In this document: positions 58,344 through 64,000 of the stretch, piece after piece
Position numbering within the stretch: position 1 is the stretch's first letter
Layout of the letters: each line of letters starts with the position of its first letter
Assembly: GCA_039586795.1 (NCBI GenBank)
Contig: JBDHJS010000015.1
Location: 78,798 to 142,797, forward strand
Direction: 5' to 3'
DNA length: 64,000 nucleotides
Source: Gemmatimonadota bacterium
GTDB taxonomy: Bacteria > Gemmatimonadota > Gemmatimonadetes > Palauibacterales > KS3-K002
The notes under the pieces: model-generated
Told to the model about the DNA's origin: nothing
The model's input: the letters and a program-made list of their open reading frames with translations, nothing else
The model's database searches: none
Program-made: the position numbers and the translations under genes

Positions 58344-59738
58344 CTAATCTCTTTTGCCTAACGCGGCAGCGGCAAAGTTCCAAAACAAGTTCACCAGGAA
58401 GGCGGGCCGCAAGGTGCGAAATAGGATGTCCTTGTACGGTGCGCTGCCCGTAAACAGGTCCCACATCACCATGCTCATGCGTGGGCGGCTACTGTTACCC
58501 TCTTGCTCAGTACGGACCATACGTGTTACCCCGAGGCGGGCTGGCTTCAGCTTCTGAAGGAAGCGATTCATCGTGAAGACGAACTCACCGACGCGGTTGT
58601 CCCTGTCGAGTGAACGGCACGTCGGCCAATAGCCGTGCTGGAAGTCGTCCGCAGCAATACCCTCGTGAATTGCAGTGCGGGCTGCGGCCTTGGCGGTGCG
58701 GTACGCTGCTCCGATCCCGTCTTTATAGAGACGAGTCACGCCGCAGTCGCCGATGAAGACCATGCGATCGGCGAACGGTCGCGCGGCACCACGTACATTG
58801 ATCTTGGGCGAGCAGTGGCAGTACCCCTCGGGCCTCTTCCAGTCCGGCGGCAGACATTTCTTAACCTGAGGAGCATCCAGGAACGCATCGACCATCGTGC
58901 CGTCGATATCCTCGCCAAGAAGGCACAAAGTGACGTAATCACCCTTTGGGATGAGGGCGCTGAACTCGAGTCGTGGCAGATTCAGGAGGAAAACGTGCAT
59001 CGAGCTGCCAAGGTATTTTACGACCCTGTCTCGGCCCAGGTGCAGTTCGCTGATATATGTCTTTGAGGTTTGTGGAGGCTCGTACTGCAGATCCAGTTTG
59101 TCCAGCGTCTTCAAGATCCCCGTGTTCACACCGACCGCTACGGCCAGTAGGTCGTAGATCTGAACATCTTCATCGCGTGTGCTTACTCGCACACCGACAG
59201 GCTGTAATGCGACGTCGCTTATGCGTTTCCGGACTACGTTCGCACCTTTCTCAATTGCCAGCGACTGCAGGAATCCGTCGAAGCTGCTCCAGCATGAACC
59301 CTCAGCGTCTCTGGGGCCGGCCCCACGGTGTACTGAGGCAATTCGCTTTTCTCCTAGCGGGGTGTCAATGTGGACAGTCGCGCCATCCATCGTGTGCATC
59401 ACGTAGGAATCGATCCCGCGTTGGACAACGTTGTCGGGCAGGGTGATTCCCTCCGTTGCCAGATGCTGAACCAGTGATTCTGATACGATCCCACCGCAAT
59501 TGTTACATCCCGCCGGACCGATCTTCGTGTAGTCGCGCGGCTCGTAGATGTCGACTTGAAGCTCCAGGTCTACCATCCGGGCCATATCGAGAAGGAAATA
59601 AGCGAAGAACGAGCCGGCAGGACCGCCACCCATGACGGCTACTCGTGAGCCATCTTCGAGGCACAGGCCGCTGTCGCGCATGACCGAGGGTGTGGAGAGT
59701 TCGGCCGCGATCGATCGCTTGCTGGAAGCTCTTGCCAT
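58344..59738 (-). CDS. FAD-dependent oxidoreductase (geranylgeranyl reductase/FixC-like fold), unknown substrate
   Basis: VAVMGGGPAG, CNNCGGIVSE, FIGDCG...KDGIGAAY; GGAGGAG RBS. Confidence 0.8.
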   Translation of the reverse strand: MARASSKRSIAAELSTPSVMRDSGLCLEDGSRVAVMGGGPAGSFFAYFLLDMARMVDLELQVDIYEPRDYTKIGPAGCNNCGGIVSESLVQHLATEGITLPDNVVQRGIDSYVMHTMDGATVHIDTPLGEKRIASVHRGAGPRDAEGSCWSSFDGFLQSLAIEKGANVVRKRISDVALQPVGVRVSTRDEDVQIYDLLAVAVGVNTGILKTLDKLDLQYEPPQTSKTYISELHLGRDRVVKYLGSSMHVFLLNLPRLEFSALIPKGDYVTLCLLGEDIDGTMVDAFLDAPQVKKCLPPDWKRPEGYCHCSPKINVRGAARPFADRMVFIGDCGVTRLYKDGIGAAYRTAKAAARTAIHEGIAADDFQHGYWPTCRSLDRDNRVGEFVFTMNRFLQKLKPARLGVTRMVRTEQEGNSSRPRMSMVMWDLFTGSAPYKDILFRTLRPAFLVNLFWNFAAAALGKRD

Positions 59739-60159
59739 ACAAAACTCCTCCCTGTCGCCGAGAACGCGAAAAGCTATTCCGTCTTAGCGACTCGGGCAGC
59801 CCGCTCACCTTTTGGTGGGAGCGAAGCCCAAGACAATCCGGCCGCACTGGAGCGTCATGGGACGGGCGGGTGGCAAAGCGACGCACGGCAGCCAACAGGC
59901 GGGGCACTGCCCCCCGCTGCAAACAGCGGACCGCTGGGCAATGGCTCGCCGAATACGGTCTACTTATGGCTCGGGGCTCCGCACATAATGTCGAATACCG
60001 CCGAAAGACACAATTGTCCCGTGAGAACAACACCTAGCCCGGCGGGCAGGCAAGGACGAGGTGGACTGAGGCGCCGCTCACGCCTAGTTTGGCTGGGCCA
60101 GGTTCGGCTGGTACTGATTCAGAGCCGTCCGAATTCCCTACAATCTCGGAGTGCTTTTC

Positions 60160-63111
60160 ATGTTGCGATTCGCGTGTGCCATTGTCGCGCTCGTTTTCTT
60201 CGCCACGAGCGCCTTCGCGCAGCAGCGGCCAAGACCCGAAGGCCCGGTAACTCTCGCGGAGCAAGCAGCCGCTTGGGAGCGACACCTCGAGTTGAGGGAA
60301 GCATCGCTCTTCAAAGGACTCGCCTGGCGCGATGTGGGACCGGTAGTGCAGGGCGGTCGCCTGGTCGATATCGAGGGCGTTCCGGGCGAGCCGTACACGT
60401 TCTATGTCGCTTACGCCTCCGGCGGCATCTGGAAGACGACGAACAACGGGGTCTCGTTCGAGCCGCTGTTCGACGACCAACCGACGATCATCATCGGCGA
60501 CATGGCCCTCGATCCATCAAACCCGCAGCGGATCTACGTGGGGACAGGTGAGAACAACTCGTCGCGCTCGTCATACGGCGGGGCCGGTGTCTTTCGCTCT
60601 GACGATGGCGGCGAAACGTGGACGCATATCGGCCTCGAGATGACCGATCGCATCGGCCGCGTTCTCGTGGACCCGCGCAATCCTGACCGTGTCTTCGTCG
60701 CGGCACTCGGAAAGCTGTACACGCCGGGCGGCGAGCGGGGCATCTATCGCTCGAGCGACGGCGGTAGCACGTGGGAGCAGGTGCTGGTGGGCGAGAACGA
60801 TCTCACCGGCTTTGTGGATATGGCGTTCCAGCCGGGTAATCCGGACGTGATCTACGCTGCGGCTTGGGAGCGCGTGCGCCGGCCGTGGAATTTTACCGAG
60901 GGCGGCGAGGGCAGTGCGGTTTGGAAGTCGATGGACGGCGGCGATAGCTGGGAGAAGCTGGGTGGCGGTTTCCCGAGCGCCGACTACGTGGGTCGCATCG
61001 GGCTCGCCGTGACGCCGGCGAACCCGCAGATGCTCTACGCGTCGGTGGATAATCAACAATTGTTGCCGGAAGACGAGTGGGACCTGGGTAGCGGCGCGGT
61101 GACGGCGAAGCGGCTCCGGGACATGAGCAAGGAGGAGTTCCTCCGCCAGGATCCCGAGGAGATCGAGGACTTCATCCGGGGTAACGACCTGGACCCGAGA
61201 CTCGATGCTCGGAAGTTGATTGCCGCGGTACGTAGCGACTCCATCACCATCGATGATCTGCTAAGCGCTCTTCAGGACGCAAACGCCGCGCTGTTCTCCG
61301 CAGACATTCGGGGCATTGAAGTGTGGCGCTCGGAAGATGCCGGAAGCACCTGGCAGCGCATGAACCCGGAGCCGATTCGGCAGGCGGTCTATACGTACGG
61401 GTACTACTTCGGGCAGATCCGCGTGGCGCCGGACAACGTCGACCGCGTCTATGTACTGGGCGTTCCGCTGCTGGCGTCGGACGACGGCGGGGTGACGTTC
61501 TACGGGACCGCCGGTCGTGGCGTGCACGGTGACCACCAGGCGATGTGGATCGATCCGGAGTACCCGGAGCGCGTGATTCTGGGCAACGACGGCGGGCTGG
61601 ACGTGAGCTTCGACGGCGGAGCGACGTGGCTGAGCCTGTCCACGGTTTCCGTCGGCCAGTTCTACACCGTCTCGGTGGACATGGCGACTCCGTACAACAT
61701 CTACGGCGGCTTGCAGGACAACGGCGTGCTCAAGGGCTCGAGCCAGTCGCGACCCAACATCACCGGAAGCTGGACACGGGCCGGCGGCGGAGATGGGATG
61801 TGGGCACAGATCGATCCCCGGGACAACGCGACCTACTACGCGGGCTCGCAGTTCGGCTACTACTTTCGACGGGGACCGTCGGGCTTCCAGAGCGTGAGGC
61901 CGCGCAATGGTGTGCTCGAGCCGCCGCTGCGCTATAACTGGCTGACGCCGATCCTTCTTTCCTCACACAACGCGGACGTGCTCTACTTCGGGGCCAACAA
62001 GCTGTATCGGTCGATGGACCAGGGCGAGACGTGGACGGAGTTGAGCCCCGACCTGACGACCAGTGATAACCGTGGCGACGTTCCGTTCGGGACGATGACC
62101 GTGCTCGCCGAATCTCCATTGCGCTTCGGGTTGCTGTGGGTCGGCACGGATGACGGACACGTGTGGGTGACGCGGAGCAGCGGTGCGGAGTGGACAGAGG
62201 TCAGCGCCGGCTTACCCAGCGATCGTTGGGTGAGCCGTGTCGAGGCGTCGAAGTACGACGAGAACGTGGCGTACGTCAGTCTGAACGGATACCGGGACGA
62301 TGACATCACCGCCTACGTCTACCGCACCGATGACCTCGGCCGTAGCTGGCGTGACATCACGGGCAATCTCCCCGACGAGGCCGTCAACGTGGTTCGGGAG
62401 GACCCGATCAGCCCATCGGTCCTGTACGTAGGAACCGACCGCAGCGCCTACGTCTCACTGGACGGAGGACGCAACTGGCAGGTCGCCGGCGCGGGGCTGC
62501 CCAACGTGCCGGTCCATGACCTGATCGTGCATCCGCGGGAACGGGAGCTGGTGGCGGGCACGCACGGACGAAGCGTGTGGATCCTGGATGCCCTGCCCAT
62601 CGAAGACCTCACCGAAGAGGTCATGGACTCCGACGTTTTTGTGTTCAACCTGGATCCGGTCACCTACTCGCGCGGTTGGAGTTCGCGACGGTCGCTGTGG
62701 TACTATCGACCCGAGGATGCCCGGCATCAGAATATTCCGTTCTGGGTCGATGCCGACGGTAGCGTGACATGGAGCGTGATCGATTCGGACGGAAACGCGT
62801 TACGGCGCGGCACGATGGAGGCTGTACGCGGCGTGAACACGCTCCGTTGGGATCTCATGCTCGATCCCGCATTGGCGCTGCCGGTCGAGCAGGCGCGTGT
62901 TGCTGACATGGAGGACGTCAAACCGGCGGACACGCCGTGGGCGGAAGTCGTGCGGCTGGAACGCCAGCTGTATGTCACTCCTGGCACGTACACGATTCGG
63001 ATAACAGCGGGTGGGGAATCAGGGGAGACCGAGTTCAAGGTGAACGCGCCGCGGCCGCGGCAACCGCGGGTTCCGCCGGAGCCTGGGATACGCGGGCGGA
63101 GAAGGCGGTGA
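60160..63111 (+). CDS. BNR/Asp-box (VPS10/sortilin-like) beta-propeller, putative glycosyl hydrolase
   Basis: Signal peptide AFA-Q; many SxDGGxTW repeats; HGDHQAMW, GTHGRSVW. Confidence 0.88.
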   Translation: MLRFACAIVALVFFATSAFAQQRPRPEGPVTLAEQAAAWERHLELREASLFKGLAWRDVGPVVQGGRLVDIEGVPGEPYTFYVAYASGGIWKTTNNGVSFEPLFDDQPTIIIGDMALDPSNPQRIYVGTGENNSSRSSYGGAGVFRSDDGGETWTHIGLEMTDRIGRVLVDPRNPDRVFVAALGKLYTPGGERGIYRSSDGGSTWEQVLVGENDLTGFVDMAFQPGNPDVIYAAAWERVRRPWNFTEGGEGSAVWKSMDGGDSWEKLGGGFPSADYVGRIGLAVTPANPQMLYASVDNQQLLPEDEWDLGSGAVTAKRLRDMSKEEFLRQDPEEIEDFIRGNDLDPRLDARKLIAAVRSDSITIDDLLSALQDANAALFSADIRGIEVWRSEDAGSTWQRMNPEPIRQAVYTYGYYFGQIRVAPDNVDRVYVLGVPLLASDDGGVTFYGTAGRGVHGDHQAMWIDPEYPERVILGNDGGLDVSFDGGATWLSLSTVSVGQFYTVSVDMATPYNIYGGLQDNGVLKGSSQSRPNITGSWTRAGGGDGMWAQIDPRDNATYYAGSQFGYYFRRGPSGFQSVRPRNGVLEPPLRYNWLTPILLSSHNADVLYFGANKLYRSMDQGETWTELSPDLTTSDNRGDVPFGTMTVLAESPLRFGLLWVGTDDGHVWVTRSSGAEWTEVSAGLPSDRWVSRVEASKYDENVAYVSLNGYRDDDITAYVYRTDDLGRSWRDITGNLPDEAVNVVREDPISPSVLYVGTDRSAYVSLDGGRNWQVAGAGLPNVPVHDLIVHPRERELVAGTHGRSVWILDALPIEDLTEEVMDSDVFVFNLDPVTYSRGWSSRRSLWYYRPEDARHQNIPFWVDADGSVTWSVIDSDGNALRRGTMEAVRGVNTLRWDLMLDPALALPVEQARVADMEDVKPADTPWAEVVRLERQLYVTPGTYTIRITAGGESGETEFKVNAPRPRQPRVPPEPGIRGRRRR

Positions 63112-63217
63112 AGGGTAGGTGAATCGGTTGCTGACAATCGATTGACGGTGGGCAACTGGACATGCAGGGCTCTAAAGGCTTTAGGGTTTGAATCTCCGCC
63201 CTACAATCTGACCCGAC

Positions 63218-63257
63218 GCGGTTTCCGAGCCTCCGGTTTCGGAAGCCGCTTTCCTTA
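63218..63257 (+). terminator. Probable terminator
   Basis: gcggtttccga/tcggaagccgc stem followed by tttcctt. Confidence 0.45.
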
Positions 63258-63413
63258 GTCAGCTTGGGTGGATTGTCACTGGGAACGAGTCGGTTCCGGT
63301 GACAAGCCGTCCTGAAAACCAGGGACGAGGACTCGGGCGTTGCGGGGCGTCTGGGTGGGCAGCATCATGTAGCAATCCCAACCATCACACCTCCCAGCCG
63401 CCCGGAACAGCAC

Positions 63414-63510
63414 ATGAAGCGGTTCAAGCGGCTCGCCTGCGACGTGCATCAGCGATCTCTCTGGCAAGTGCCGCTCGAATACGTCGGCGGTGCCTGTATT
63501 GCCTTCGACG
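63414..63510 (+). pseudogene. 5' remnant of a paralog of the 9903 TolB-like/TPR gene
   Basis: MKRFKRLACDVHQRSLWQV aligns with MNWFKRLVVDIHRRSMWQV, then degenerates. Confidence 0.6.
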
Positions 63511-63624
63511 ACGATTGGACTTCAACCGTGGCGATTGGTCTTTCCGCGTTGCCTAGAGTGAGGGCTCCGCCATGCTCTGTAGGGGCCAGGGCCGGGCCGT
63601 GTTTTCGCTTTCTGGAGGTTTGTG

Positions 63625-64000
63625 ATGAAGAGATCGACGGTGTGCCGTGCTGGGGTCCTCTCGTTGGCGGCTATGGTCTTCGCTGGCTGCGAGGATCGTG
63701 CCCCGATGTCGCCCGACTCTGCAGTCGGGGAACTTGGGCCAGCCCTTGCAGTCGATGAATCGGAGCCCATACCCACGGACCGACACGTGGTGGTCATGGA
63801 GGAAGAGACGGGCATCCCCGACGGGTTCGCGGCCCGTGTAGCTGACCTCGGGGGTACCCTGGACCGCGCTTATCCTGAGATCGGCGTGGCGGTCACGAGC
63901 GGGCTCAGCGATGAGGCCGCAGCCCAACTTGCCGGGGGCGACGGCGTGTCAATCGTCGAACGCGATCTACAGTTGTCTTGGATTCATGAAGCAAGCGCTT
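63625..64000 (+). CDS. Lipoprotein, probably the N-terminal prodomain of an S8 (subtilisin-like) peptidase (partial)
   Basis: Not in the ORF track. GGAGG RBS; MKRSTVCRAGVLSLAAMVFAGC lipobox; I9-like prodomain FAARVADLGGTLDRAYPEIGVAV...GVSIVERD; open to the window end. Confidence 0.6.
   Translation, partial: MKRSTVCRAGVLSLAAMVFAGCEDRAPMSPDSAVGELGPALAVDESEPIPTDRHVVVMEEETGIPDGFAARVADLGGTLDRAYPEIGVAVTSGLSDEAAAQLAGGDGVSIVERDLQLSWIHEASA

Noticed and set aside
59739..60159. Riboswitch upstream of the flavoprotein operon
   Set aside because: GC-rich hairpins are present but no recognisable aptamer consensus; needs an Rfam search
63182..63205. tRNA 3'-end/att-like fragment (gggtttgaatctcc)
   Set aside because: Poor T-loop match, no CCA, no partner repeat or integrase
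1..64000. CRISPR array, rRNA/tRNA, transposase, integrase, prophage
   Set aside because: No regularly spaced repeats, cloverleaf or recognisable mobile-element proteins were seen by eye; small elements could have been missed

Overview
GC-rich bacterial chromosomal window. Its gene repertoire suggests Gemmatimonadota (an inference from paralogous TolB-like/TPR membrane proteins, an S8 lipoprotein, a BNR-repeat hydrolase and ETF-QO). About 60 CDS were seen, with no rRNA, tRNA, CRISPR array, integrase or transposase. Housekeeping and stress genes: typA, a short rho, hslR, sodA, hutH, an rhlE-like helicase, ETF-QO, RND and ABC exporters. Most notable: (1) a tight four-gene operon, flavoprotein - stand-alone cNMP-binding protein - adenylate cyclase/STAND/TPR - DUF3307 (54.2-59.7 kb), which looks like an uncharacterised self-contained cyclic-nucleotide system; (2) a candidate ~200-nt sRNA bounded by an ECF-type promoter (TGAAAC-N17-CGTAAGG, repeated exactly before a stress gene at 44.8 kb) and a strong terminator; (3) a sigma-54 sulfur operon (type III SQR, DUF1641, TusE-like, DsrE2) with a complete promoter/IHF/enhancer layout, next to a Cys-rich PAS enhancer-binding protein; (4) a minor-pilin cluster with two large tandem PilX-like proteins; (5) several pseudogene remnants and apparent pseudo-enzymes. 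All calls come from reading motifs by eye; no database searches were run.
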